Assembly (NCBI GenBank): GCA_916720745.1
Contig: CAKARX010000001.1
Span: forward strand, 1 to 59,979
Direction: 5' to 3'
Length of the DNA: 59,979 nt
Source: an uncultured Atopobium sp.
GTDB lineage: Bacteria; Actinomycetota; Coriobacteriia; Coriobacteriales; Atopobiaceae
Shown piece by piece: positions 1-9,198 of the stretch; positions within the stretch are counted from its first letter, which is position 1; every line of letters begins with the position of its first letter. A program made the translations under genes and the position numbers. Below the pieces are notes generated by a model. The model was not told the DNA's origin and did no database searches. It saw nothing but the letters and a program-made list of their open reading frames with translations.

Positions 1-2
1 CG

Positions 3-1166
3 CGACGACGCTTTTTGGAGGTGGCCGGGACCATTGCGGGGTCGTTTGCTCTAGCGGGTTGTTCGCCAAAGAACCAAGACCCTAACTCCATCTACGTTGG
101 CGTGATGGGCCCATTCACCGGCGACGTTGCTCAGTATGGCCTTGCTGTGCGAAGTGGCGTTCTTTTGTACCTCAAGGAGTTCAACAAGAAGGGTGGCGTT
201 AATGGACGCCAGATTGTCCCTATTGTTGAGGACGAGAAGGGCGATTCAACTGAGGCCATTCTTGTCTATAACAAGCTTCTTGACGAGAATGTCTGTGCAA
301 TTCTAGGTGACGTTACCTCAACGCCTACCATTGCACTGGCACAGAAATCGGTACTGGACAACATCCCCTGTGTAACCGCATCCGCTACCGCCGAAGATGT
401 TGTAGCACATGGCCACAACATGTTCCGCGCTACCGTAACTGACCCGTTCCAGGGCGTTGTTCTTGCAGAGTTTGCTAAAAAGCAGGGTTATCAGCGCGTA
501 GGAACCATCTTTAACTCCGGCGGCGATTACGAGATTGGCGTTAATAACGCATTTGTTCAGAGGGCTCGTGAGTTGGGTGTTGAGGTTGTTTCTCAGCAAG
601 GTTACCCAACAGGAGCCGTTGACTTTAATGCCCAGCTTACCAGCATTAATGGACTTGATCCTGATGCTATCCTGGCACCAAACTATTACCAGGATAACGG
701 CAAGATTGTGACGCAGGCTCGTCAGCTTGGCTGCAAAAAGCCTTTTATGGGCGCAGATGGTTGGGCAGGCATCATTGGCGGCGAGCAGGACTATGCTTCT
801 GCGGCTGACCTTGAAGGATGCTTCTATTGCTCTGCCTTTGTTGCTTCAAACCCAGATGAAAAAGTTCAGCATTTTGTTAAGGCTTATACCGAGGAATACG
901 GTGAGGCTCCAACTAACTTCTGCTCTTTGGGCTATGACGCAGCAATGATTCTTTGCTCCGCTCTTAAGACTGTCGAGAAACGCGGTTATACCTACAACTC
1001 TAATGAGTATAGGCAGGCAATTATTGACGCTATTGCATCTGGTGTGGTCGAAGGTGTTACTGGAACCCTTTCATATCAGGGAACAGGTGACCCAGTGAAG
1101 TCCACCTTGATTATTACCTTTAAAGATGGCAAAGAGTCCATCTATGACACGATCAATCCTTCATAG
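3..1166 (+). CDS. Branched-chain amino acid ABC transporter substrate-binding lipoprotein (LivJ/LivK family), 5'-truncated by window edge
   Basis: Frame is open from base 3 (RRRFLEVAGTIAGSFALAG-C: twin-Arg plus lipobox). Leu/Ile/Val-binding motifs GPFTGDVAQYG and GYDAA; first gene of the livHMGF run. Confidence 0.9.
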   Translation, partial: RRRFLEVAGTIAGSFALAGCSPKNQDPNSIYVGVMGPFTGDVAQYGLAVRSGVLLYLKEFNKKGGVNGRQIVPIVEDEKGDSTEAILVYNKLLDENVCAILGDVTSTPTIALAQKSVLDNIPCVTASATAEDVVAHGHNMFRATVTDPFQGVVLAEFAKKQGYQRVGTIFNSGGDYEIGVNNAFVQRARELGVEVVSQQGYPTGAVDFNAQLTSINGLDPDAILAPNYYQDNGKIVTQARQLGCKKPFMGADGWAGIIGGEQDYASAADLEGCFYCSAFVASNPDEKVQHFVKAYTEEYGEAPTNFCSLGYDAAMILCSALKTVEKRGYTYNSNEYRQAIIDAIASGVVEGVTGTLSYQGTGDPVKSTLIITFKDGKESIYDTINPS

Positions 1167-1181
1167 AAAAGAGAACCTCAG

Positions 1182-2054
1182 ATGTTTTTGACTCAGGTGC
1201 TCAATGGACTTCAATTGGGCAGTATTTACGCACTGGTGGCGCTTGGTTACACAATGGTGTACGGCATCATCTTGCTTCTTAACTTTGCACATGGTGACAT
1301 CATCATGTTTGGTTCATACGTTGCTTGGATTGCGCTTGTTCAGTTAGGACTCAATCCTGCAATCGCCGTTCTTCTCGCCATTTTTGGCTGCGTTTTGCTT
1401 GGCGTCCTCATCGACAAGGTTGCCTATGCACCACTCAGAGAGGCTCCAAGACTTTCTATTCTGATTACGGCAATTGGCGTTTCTTATCTGCTTGAGAACG
1501 GCGTTCAGCTGCTCCTTGGTGCTGACGCTAAGGTTGTTCCAAGCATCATTGACCTGGGAACTGTTCAGGTATTTGGATCAACACTTTCTGGCACCGCTCT
1601 TCTGACCGTTGCCGTCACCATTGTGGCAACCGTTGTTCTAACCCTTTTGGTTCAGAAGACTCGTCTTGGTAAGGCAATGCGTGCCGTTTCTGAGGATATG
1701 GGCGCTGCTCGTCTGATGGGCGTCAACGTCAATAGCACTATTAGCTTTACCTTTGCAGTTGGTTCCGCTCTGGCAGGCATTGCAGCTATTCTGTACTCCA
1801 TGGCATACCAGCAGGTTTCTCCTACCATGGGCGTCATGCTGGGCACCAAGGCTTTTGTTGCAGCAGTTCTTGGCGGCATTGGCTCCATTCCTGGCGCTGT
1901 TATTGGCGGCCTTATTGTTGGCTTCTCCGAGGTCTTTGTTGCTGCCTTTGGCCTGTCTGTCTGGCAGGATGCGGTAGTCTTCTTACTCTTGATTCTTGTT
2001 CTTGTTGTCAAACCAACTGGCCTGCTTGGTCGACCAGTTACCGAGAAAGTGTAA
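1182..2054 (+). CDS. livH: Branched-chain amino acid ABC transporter permease
   Basis: LNGLQLGSIYALVALGYTMVYGI..LNFAHG, TRLGKAMRAVSED and GGIGSIPGA motifs. Confidence 0.93.
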   Translation: MFLTQVLNGLQLGSIYALVALGYTMVYGIILLLNFAHGDIIMFGSYVAWIALVQLGLNPAIAVLLAIFGCVLLGVLIDKVAYAPLREAPRLSILITAIGVSYLLENGVQLLLGADAKVVPSIIDLGTVQVFGSTLSGTALLTVAVTIVATVVLTLLVQKTRLGKAMRAVSEDMGAARLMGVNVNSTISFTFAVGSALAGIAAILYSMAYQQVSPTMGVMLGTKAFVAAVLGGIGSIPGAVIGGLIVGFSEVFVAAFGLSVWQDAVVFLLLILVLVVKPTGLLGRPVTEKV

Positions 2055-2064
2055 GGAGGCTCAC

Positions 2065-3282
2065 ATGACTAAAATGTATCCACGCGATAACAACCACAAC
2101 CCAGTAATTGTCACTGGTTTTGGTGGAAAAGATGGTCAGCGTCGTGAGCTTACTATGCCTGCTCGCTATGCCATCAATGCAATTCTTGTTGCACTCTTTG
2201 TCTTTGGCGGAAACTTCCTGGTAGGAGAGGGTCTTATTTCTCGCTATCAGACCGTTGTTTTTGAGCAAATCGGCGTTTATGTTCTGATGACCGTTTCTCT
2301 GAACATTGTTACCGGATATCTTGGACAGCTCCCTCTGGGTCACGCTGGTTTCATGTCCATTGGTGGTTATGCCTGCGCAATCTTTATTATTCGCATGATG
2401 CCACTCTTTGGTCTGGATGCTCAGTCCATGGCCTCAGGCTCTACACCTGCAGTTATTCTTTTTGTTGTGGGCCTTTTGTTTGGCGGCATTTGTGCCGCTC
2501 TGATGGGTGTGGTTATTGGTATTCCAGCACTGCGTCTTCGCGGTGATTACCTGGCCATCATTACTCTGGGCTTCGCAGAGATTATCCGCGTTGTCCTGGT
2601 AAACATTGACTCTGCTCTTGGCTTCAAGCTCACGGGCGGTGCTTCCGGCCTCACGGGTATTCCTGCTTATACAGGCTACCTGAACACCGCAATTGTTGTT
2701 TCGCTTGCTATCTTTGCTATTCATACTCTTATGAAGTCTAGACATGGACGCGCTATTCTCGCCATCCGCGATAACGAGATTGCGGCAGAGGCATCAGGCG
2801 TTAACACCACGTATTACAAGACCCTTGCCTTTGTTTTCTCTGCATTCCTTGCTGGTATTGCAGGCGGCCTTTACGCGGGCTGCATCGGCGTCATGGCGCC
2901 TGCCAAGTTTGGCTTCATGAAGTCTGTTGAGATTCTGGTTATGGTTGTTCTTGGTGGCATGGGCTCTATGTTTGGTTCCGTTGTGTCCGCAACTGTCCTG
3001 ACCGTACTCCCAGAGGCTCTACGTGCCTTTGCTGACTACCGCATGGTTGCTTATGCAATTGTCTTGATTCTGGTCATGATCTTTAGACCAGAGGGTCTGT
3101 TTGGCTCTTATGACTTCTCGCTGTCTCGCATCATTGAGCGAGTCATGAACAGAGACTTCCCTTGGAACAAGGATGACTCGGATGAGCTGGCAGACGTGCA
3201 GGTCAACGCGAAGGCAGGCGCTCAGGCAAACGAGCAGGCGGATACGCAGGTAGAAGCCTCAACTGATTCGAAGGAGGCGTAA
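2065..3282 (+). CDS. livM: Branched-chain amino acid ABC transporter permease
   Basis: GYLGQLPLGHAGF, LRLRGDYLAIITLGFAEI and GRAILAIRDNEIAA; AAGGAGG RBS just before ATG 2065. Confidence 0.93.
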   Translation: MTKMYPRDNNHNPVIVTGFGGKDGQRRELTMPARYAINAILVALFVFGGNFLVGEGLISRYQTVVFEQIGVYVLMTVSLNIVTGYLGQLPLGHAGFMSIGGYACAIFIIRMMPLFGLDAQSMASGSTPAVILFVVGLLFGGICAALMGVVIGIPALRLRGDYLAIITLGFAEIIRVVLVNIDSALGFKLTGGASGLTGIPAYTGYLNTAIVVSLAIFAIHTLMKSRHGRAILAIRDNEIAAEASGVNTTYYKTLAFVFSAFLAGIAGGLYAGCIGVMAPAKFGFMKSVEILVMVVLGGMGSMFGSVVSATVLTVLPEALRAFADYRMVAYAIVLILVMIFRPEGLFGSYDFSLSRIIERVMNRDFPWNKDDSDELADVQVNAKAGAQANEQADTQVEASTDSKEA

Positions 3283-3287
3283 GAGCG

Positions 3288-4133
3288 ATGGCAACTAAAA
3301 ACACTACAAAACTTATCAGGCAAGAGTCTCCTAACCTCATTCCTGAGCGAGACCTTGGTGCAATTCCAGTTCTTCAGGCTGAGCACTTGGGCATTGACTT
3401 TGGTGGCTTGACTGCTGTTAATGACTTCAACATTGCTCTTGGTCCTACCGAGATTTCTGGCATCATTGGTCCTAACGGTGCAGGTAAAACAACTGTCTTC
3501 AATCTGCTCACCAACGTTTACAAGCCAACCCGTGGTACCGTAATGATTGACGGCTACGACCTTGCTGGTAAAAGCGTTGTTGAGGCAAACCACATGGGCA
3601 TTGCTCGTACCTTCCAGAACATTCGTCTGTTCAACAACATGACTGTTATGGAGAACATTCAGGTTGGTCAGGGAAGCCACATGACGTCTCACTTCTTGGA
3701 GGACGTCTTCCGCCTTCCGGCTCACTGGAAGCAGGAAAAAGAGAGCGCTGATAACGCTCGCGAGCTGCTGTGCATTTTTGGCATGGAGAATCTTGCAAAT
3801 ACTCTTGCAGGTAACCTGCCTTATGGCGCTCAGCGCAAACTTGAGATTCTTCGCGCTCTGGCAACGCAGCCTAAGATTTTGCTGCTTGACGAGCCAGCTG
3901 CAGGTATGAATCCAGCAGAGACCGACGAGCTTATGGAGAATGTCCTTAAGATTCGCGATGACTTCAAGATTGCTGTTCTTCTTATCGAGCACGACATGAA
4001 GTTTGTTATGGGTATCTGCGAGGGTTTGGCCGTTCTTGACCATGGCAACATCATTGCAAAGGGAACGCCAGAAGAAGTTCAGAATAATCCTCGCGTTATC
4101 GAGGCATATCTTGGAAAGCAGGAGGTGCGCTAA
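3288..4133 (+). CDS. livG: Branched-chain amino acid ABC transporter ATP-binding protein
   Basis: Walker A GPNGAGKT, GIARTFQNIRLF, LLDEPAAG, IEHDM and C-terminal VIEAYLG. Confidence 0.93.
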   Translation: MATKNTTKLIRQESPNLIPERDLGAIPVLQAEHLGIDFGGLTAVNDFNIALGPTEISGIIGPNGAGKTTVFNLLTNVYKPTRGTVMIDGYDLAGKSVVEANHMGIARTFQNIRLFNNMTVMENIQVGQGSHMTSHFLEDVFRLPAHWKQEKESADNARELLCIFGMENLANTLAGNLPYGAQRKLEILRALATQPKILLLDEPAAGMNPAETDELMENVLKIRDDFKIAVLLIEHDMKFVMGICEGLAVLDHGNIIAKGTPEEVQNNPRVIEAYLGKQEVR

Positions 4134-4882
4134 TGACCGCTGAAACTACAAACACCCAGGCAACCGGCGCAGGAAAAACTCTGCTGTCCGTCAAGGATCT
4201 TAATGTTTCTTATGGCGCAATCCATGCAGTTCAGGGCATTTCTTTTGATATTAATGAGGGCGAGATTGTCACCCTTATTGGTGCTAACGGTGCCGGTAAA
4301 TCAACTACACTGAACACTATTGCTGGTCTGGTAAGACCTGATTCTGGCACCATCACCCTTGACGAGAAAAACCTTGTAGGCCAGCGCGCTCACAAGATTG
4401 TTGAGGCTGGCCTGGCATTGTGCCCTGAGGGCCGCCGTGTGTTTTCTCGCATGAGTGTTGCTGAAAACCTTGAGATGGGTGGCTATACACAGTCCGATTC
4501 CCAAAACGCTAAGACCGTCAAGATGGTCTACGAGCATTTCCCACGTCTTCGCGAGCGCAAGAATCAGCTGGCGGGAACGCTGTCTGGTGGCGAGCAGCAG
4601 ATGCTTGCTATGGGTCGTGCTTTGATGAGCAGGCCAAAGCTCTTGATGCTCGATGAGCCTTCCATGGGTCTGGCTCCTATTCTGATTGAGGAAATCTTCC
4701 AGATTATTCGCCAGCTCGGCGATGCAGGAACCACCATTTTGCTGGTTGAGCAGAACGCTAATATGGCACTTAAGGTTGCTGACCGTGCATACGTTCTTGA
4801 GCTTGGTAAGGTTGCTAAGCATGGCACCGGCCAGGAGCTTCTCCACGACGATGACGTTCGCAAGGCGTATCTTGGCGCATAA
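4133..4882 (+). CDS. livF: Branched-chain amino acid ABC transporter ATP-binding protein
   Basis: GANGAGKST, LSGGEQQMLAMGRALM, LDEPSMGL, VEQN; TAATG coupling to livG. Confidence 0.93.
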   Translation: MTAETTNTQATGAGKTLLSVKDLNVSYGAIHAVQGISFDINEGEIVTLIGANGAGKSTTLNTIAGLVRPDSGTITLDEKNLVGQRAHKIVEAGLALCPEGRRVFSRMSVAENLEMGGYTQSDSQNAKTVKMVYEHFPRLRERKNQLAGTLSGGEQQMLAMGRALMSRPKLLMLDEPSMGLAPILIEEIFQIIRQLGDAGTTILLVEQNANMALKVADRAYVLELGKVAKHGTGQELLHDDDVRKAYLGA

Positions 4883-4962
4883 CGCGACTTGCGGTACACG
4901 CGCTTTGCGGAAAACGCAACGCTGCGGTTAGTGCGACTTGCGTAAAACGCGACTTAAACGAC
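4881..4962. repeat. Degenerate short tandem repeats (AACGCGACTT/GCG-type units) between the livF stop and its terminator
   Basis: AACGCGACTT at 4881 and 4946; GCGACTTGCG at 4884 and 4933; related units in between. Confidence 0.6.
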
Positions 4963-4964
4963 AT

Positions 4965-4999
4965 CCCGGCTCCCACATAACGTAGGAGCCGGGTTTTGT
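4965..4999 (+). terminator. Intrinsic terminator of the liv operon
   Basis: Stem CCCGGCTCC / GGAGCCGGG followed by TTTTGTT. Confidence 0.8.
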
Positions 5000-5437
5000 T
5001 GTCGTGTCTGAGTAATTTGCCGGAAAAGTAGGCTATATCTGAGCTATTTGCCTGTTTTTCTCGTCATGTCTGAGCTGTTTTACTCAGACATGGTGCAGTT
5101 TTCAGGCTCAAAATACCAGACCACTGTCCTATCTTTCACGCGCCTGATTTCCTCAAAGAATCTGTAACTTTTGCCTAAAAATGTAAAAGAAACTGTGGAT
5201 TTGCCTGATTTTGTTAAAGAATCTGTACCTCAAATACAGATTCTTTGCACTTTTCAGGCAGGCCTTTCGTGACGTGACTTTTGAATCCGAGGTTAGTTTC
5301 ATGAGCACTCTCATGGAGCCTGATTTTCTCGCCATGTCTGAACGATTTGCTGGAAAAGTACATCTTGTCTGTGTGATTTGCCGGTTTTTCTCATCATGTC
5401 TGAGTAAATTTACTCAGACATGATGAGCTTTTCAGGC
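4988..5437. repeat. Array of three ~120-bp modules (4988-5107, 5142-5259, 5318-5437), each with ~31-bp tandem units and a terminal hairpin ending TTTTCAGGC
   Basis: Modules 1 and 3 align without gaps at offset 330 (91 of 120 identical by hand count); perfect 38-bp palindrome at 5390-5427. Confidence 0.85.
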
Positions 5438-5485
5438 TCGCAATCAGAGCTGATCAAAAAATGGAGAGAGGCAACTTAATCGCAT

Positions 5486-5520
5486 AAAAACACACCTCGG
5501 GAGAAACCCCAAGGTGTGTT
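5486..5520 (-). terminator. Intrinsic terminator downstream of the LDH/HicDH gene
   Basis: CACACCTCGGG / CCCAAGGTGTG stem with A-tract on the left (U-tract on the minus strand). Confidence 0.7.
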
Positions 5521-5620
5521 CGGTGTGCACTATTGCCTGGTCGCAGCCTCGCAGCCGTCACAGCTCGCAGCCTCACGCCCGTCGCGGACCGCAGCCACGG
5601 CCAGCACGGCGCGCGTCGTG

Positions 5621-6589
5621 CTAATCAATACGAGCGTCTACCTCAAGCCAGTCGAGCTGATCAATGTTGCTCTTAACATGCTCACAAGACTTGCGCCATG
5701 CCTCAATCTCAGAGTCAGAGAGCTCGGGCACAAAGACCTTCTCGACACCATTGGCGCCGATAACTGCAGGAAGTGAAGAGTAGAAGCCAGAAACGCCATA
5801 CACGTCGTTAAGCAGCGTGGATACTGGCGTGATCAGCTTGGTGTCGTGGACGATAGCCTTGATGACCTCGACGGCTCCGTTTGCAATGGAGTACTCGGTG
5901 CACTGCTTGCCGCTGTAGGTGACGTAACCGCCCATGCGACCAGCCTGCTCAAGCTCTGAAAGGTCAAAGGTCTTGCCCGTCTGAGCTGCGACTTCGTCGA
6001 GGGTGAGGCAGCCAATAGAGACGTGCGACCAGCAAGCAAACATACCATTGCCGTGCTCGCCAAGCATCCAAGCGTTGATGCAAGATGCTGGATAGCCGGT
6101 AGCGCCGGAAAGCGCATGGCGGAGTCGAGCAGAGTCCAGCGTGGTGCCGGAGCCGATGACCTTATTTGGATCGGCGCCAGTCAGATACTGAAGCTCAGTG
6201 GTAACAACGTCGCATGGATTTGCGATGTTGACCCAAACGCCATCGAAGCCAGCGTCTGCAATGCGCTTTGCAAACTTCTTAGCCTCGTCAGTGGTAACAA
6301 AGAGCTCGCCATCGCGATTGCCCGCAGCAGCAGCTACGTGACCTGCGGCGTTAACGATAATGTCGCAGCCAGCAAGCTCCTCGTAACGGTCGTCTAGCTC
6401 AAAAACGCGAGCAGGGTGTGGATAAAATGGCATTGCGTCCAGCAGGTCGTTTACCTGAGCCTTGCAGAGGACCTCATTTGTGTCGCTAATGTAAAGCTCA
6501 GTAGCAAGTCCCTGGTAAAGCAGGGCGTTTGCAACGTGTGCGCCTACGTGATTAGCGCCGATAATACCAATTTTGCTGATGAGAGCCAT
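5621..6589 (-). CDS. L-2-hydroxyacid dehydrogenase, LDH/MDH superfamily (HicDH-like)
   Basis: IGIIGANHVG nucleotide-binding loop, NPCD, GTTLDSARL and GEHG catalytic motifs; AGAGGTGG RBS before ATG 6589. Confidence 0.85.
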   Translation of the reverse strand: MALISKIGIIGANHVGAHVANALLYQGLATELYISDTNEVLCKAQVNDLLDAMPFYPHPARVFELDDRYEELAGCDIIVNAAGHVAAAAGNRDGELFVTTDEAKKFAKRIADAGFDGVWVNIANPCDVVTTELQYLTGADPNKVIGSGTTLDSARLRHALSGATGYPASCINAWMLGEHGNGMFACWSHVSIGCLTLDEVAAQTGKTFDLSELEQAGRMGGYVTYSGKQCTEYSIANGAVEVIKAIVHDTKLITPVSTLLNDVYGVSGFYSSLPAVIGANGVEKVFVPELSDSEIEAWRKSCEHVKSNIDQLDWLEVDARID

Positions 6590-6757
6590 AGTCCACCTCT
6601 TTTGTCTCGCCAAAATACTGTGCCTGTTAGCTTAACGGTTTTTTAGGTAAACGGGAAACGATACAAAAAATGAAACATATTAGACACAACAATCCCCTCA
6701 ACGTGCCATTTAAGCCCGCAAACGGTATAGTAGTAACCCAAGATTTGGAGAGGAACT

Positions 6758-7984
6758 ATGGGATACAAGACACCAACATGCTCTATTGCGCGTAGCTGCG
6801 GAGGCTGTGAATGGCTTTCGGTCCCCTATCCTATCCAACTTAAGCGCAAACAAGCGCAGGTAGAGGAACTTCTCGCCCCGCTAGCAAGCATCAATAACGT
6901 AACTATCGAGCCCATCCGCGGAATGGACGAGCCCCTGGCGTATCGTCATAAGGCAGCAACGCCATTTGCGCCGGGCAAAGGTCGCACGGTTCGCTCCGGT
7001 TTCTACGCAAGCGGAACGCACAAAATTATTGCTTCAAAGGAATGCCTGGTAGAAGACGGTCGTGCACGCGCTATCCTCAACGATGTGGCGTTTCTTGCCG
7101 GCCAGTTCAACATTCACGCTTACCAGGAAGATCGCGGCAAGGGAGCGCTGCGCCATGGCGTGGTTCGCTGCGGATATGCCACCAACGACGTCATGCTGGT
7201 GCTAGTGGTCAACGGCCAGCACCTGCCCCATGAGCAGGAGTTTATTGCTGCGCTTCGCAAAGCGCATCCTGAGCTGACCAGCATCTTCTTGAACGTCAAC
7301 CAGAAGCGCACCAATGCAATCTTAGGGCGAGAAACCCGTCTGCTTTGGGGCTCAACGTCTATGAGTGACAAGCTTCTGGACTGCACGTTTGAGATTGGCC
7401 CAACCAGTTTCTACCAGACAAATCCTCAGCAAACCGAGGTGCTCTATCAGCTGGCTATCGACGGAGCGCTTGCTAGCTCCGAACTTGCTGGCGCTGCGCA
7501 GGCAGGCGCTTCCGGGCAAACCAGCAACCTGCGAGTTCTTGATGCCTACTGCGGTACAGGAACCATTGGACTTTGCTTAGCGCACGCCGCTCAAGCTCAA
7601 GGCATCAACCTCTTGCTCACTGGCGTTGACCAGGTTGAAAACAACATTCAAATGGCTCGCAGAAACGCTCGAAACAATAAGCTTGAAGCTGAGTTTATCT
7701 GCGACGATGCCACTCGCTACATGCAAGCTCTGGCAAAAGGCGGTCAGAACTTTGATGTCATTATTCTTGACCCACCTCGCGCTGGTTCCACGCCCACCTT
7801 CCTCAAGGCAACTACCCAGCTAGCCCAGAAGAAAATCGTGTACGTGAGCTGCAACGTTGTAACTCAGGCCAGAGACCTCAAGGTTCTTCTCGACAGCGGG
7901 TTTGCCATTGAGCGCGTGACACCTGTGGACATGTTCCCTCACACCAAGCATGTTGAGTGCGTTGTGGTGCTCTCTCGGGTTTAG
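6758..7984 (+). CDS. rlmD: 23S rRNA (uracil-C5)-methyltransferase RlmD/RumA family, no N-terminal TRAM domain
   Basis: CxxxxxCGGC Fe-S motif, SFYQTN, DAYCGTG, LDPPRAG, YVSCN and VDMFPHTKHVE. Confidence 0.9.
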   Translation: MGYKTPTCSIARSCGGCEWLSVPYPIQLKRKQAQVEELLAPLASINNVTIEPIRGMDEPLAYRHKAATPFAPGKGRTVRSGFYASGTHKIIASKECLVEDGRARAILNDVAFLAGQFNIHAYQEDRGKGALRHGVVRCGYATNDVMLVLVVNGQHLPHEQEFIAALRKAHPELTSIFLNVNQKRTNAILGRETRLLWGSTSMSDKLLDCTFEIGPTSFYQTNPQQTEVLYQLAIDGALASSELAGAAQAGASGQTSNLRVLDAYCGTGTIGLCLAHAAQAQGINLLLTGVDQVENNIQMARRNARNNKLEAEFICDDATRYMQALAKGGQNFDVIILDPPRAGSTPTFLKATTQLAQKKIVYVSCNVVTQARDLKVLLDSGFAIERVTPVDMFPHTKHVECVVVLSRV

Positions 7985-8013
7985 ATTAAAGGCGCAAATT
8001 GAATTGAGAAGCT

Positions 8014-8787
8014 ATGAAAACGGTAGAATTTGGAAAACAAAATAACGACGTAATCATGTTGCTTCACGGCGGCGGTTTGTCTTGGTGGAACTATAAAGCC
8101 GAGGCTGAACTGCTGAAGGATCAATATCACGTTGTGCTGCCAATCCTTGACGGACATGCAGGCAGCGACAATGATTTTATAAGTATTGAGAAAAACGCAA
8201 GTCGGCTCATTTCTTTTATCGATAAAGAATTTGGAGGCTCAGTTCTCCTTATTGGAGGGCTGTCCCTTGGAGCGCAGATTTTAGTAGAAATGCTGACGCA
8301 ACGAAACTCAATTTGCCAAAACGCTGTCATTGAAAGTGCATCTGTCATTCCGTCCAAGCTGACAAATGCCTTGATTAAACCGATGTTTTCTCTAAGTTAT
8401 GGCTTAGTAAAAATGAAGTGTTTTTCTCAAATGCAATTTGACTATCTTCATATTCGTAAAGATTTATTTGAAGACTATTATCGGGACACATCACAAATCT
8501 CAAAAGAGAACATGATTGCATTCTTGGAAGCAAATACATCCTATGAGATAAAACCCGGCCTTCAGAATGCTCACGCCAAGGTCCATATACTTGTCGGAGA
8601 AAAAGAACAGAAAAAGATGATCTGTTCAGCAGAGCAGTTGCATAAGGCACTGCCTGATAGCGTTCTTGAAATAAAGAAAGGCTTATGTCATGGCGAGTAT
8701 TCCATCAATTGCCCCGAAGAGTATACAAAAGAACTTTTAGACATGATTTGCTACATATCTTTAAACAGCTCATCTGTGGTGTTGTAG
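8014..8787 (+). CDS. Alpha/beta hydrolase
   Basis: LLHGGG, GHAGS, nucleophile elbow GLSLG and late His (GLCHGE); 3' end overlaps the convergent antitoxin gene. Confidence 0.8.
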   Translation: MKTVEFGKQNNDVIMLLHGGGLSWWNYKAEAELLKDQYHVVLPILDGHAGSDNDFISIEKNASRLISFIDKEFGGSVLLIGGLSLGAQILVEMLTQRNSICQNAVIESASVIPSKLTNALIKPMFSLSYGLVKMKCFSQMQFDYLHIRKDLFEDYYRDTSQISKENMIAFLEANTSYEIKPGLQNAHAKVHILVGEKEQKKMICSAEQLHKALPDSVLEIKKGLCHGEYSINCPEEYTKELLDMICYISLNSSSVVL

Positions 8788-9020
8788 GATGTTGCTTGAA
8801 TTTTACCTGACATGATATCGCGTGCTTCTTCCATAGCAGCCAGTGTTTCAGCATTAAACTTTGGGATTTCCACTTTAAAAGGAAGGCCTCCGTGCAAAAC
8901 GCACTGGCGTAAGAAGATGTTTACCGCACTTGACATATCGATGCCGAGCTTTTTAAACAGTTCATTTGCTTCTGTTTTAACATTACTATCGATGCGAATT
9001 TGAGTAGGACTTGTTGCCAT
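8751..9020 (-). CDS. RelB/DinJ family type II antitoxin (no adjacent toxin)
   Basis: IRIDSNVKTEANELFKKLGIDMSSAVNIFLRQ..GGLPF..PKFNAETLAAMEEA signature; AAAGGAG RBS. Confidence 0.88.
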   Translation of the reverse strand: MATSPTQIRIDSNVKTEANELFKKLGIDMSSAVNIFLRQCVLHGGLPFKVEIPKFNAETLAAMEEARDIMSGKIQATSYNTTDELFKDM

Positions 9021-9042
9021 AGTATCAGCTCCTTTTTAGTTG

Positions 9043-9071
9043 ATTTTGATACAAATAGTATACGTTGTCAA
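9043..9071 (-). promoter_or_regulatory. Candidate sigma70 promoter of the antitoxin gene
   Basis: TTGACA (9071-9066), 17-bp spacer, CAAAAT (9048-9043). Confidence 0.45.
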
Positions 9072-9198
9072 TCAATTAACAGATGTATTTTCGATTTGTT
9101 TTGTTTGTCCGACGTTATTTTTTCCTTGAATTCTCAAAGCAAGTACAACGTTTAATGATGGTAGACTTCTCAAAGACACTTCCAACTCAGGAGTTCCC

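Noticed and set aside
4988..5437. CRISPR array interpretation of the repeat modules
   Set aside because: The units are degenerate and directly abutting, there are no regular unique spacers, and no cas genes are in the window.
5153..5776. Small ORFs 5153-5335, 5211-5423 and 5516-5776
   Set aside because: They lie over repeats or antisense to the dehydrogenase, with no convincing RBS or recognisable motif.
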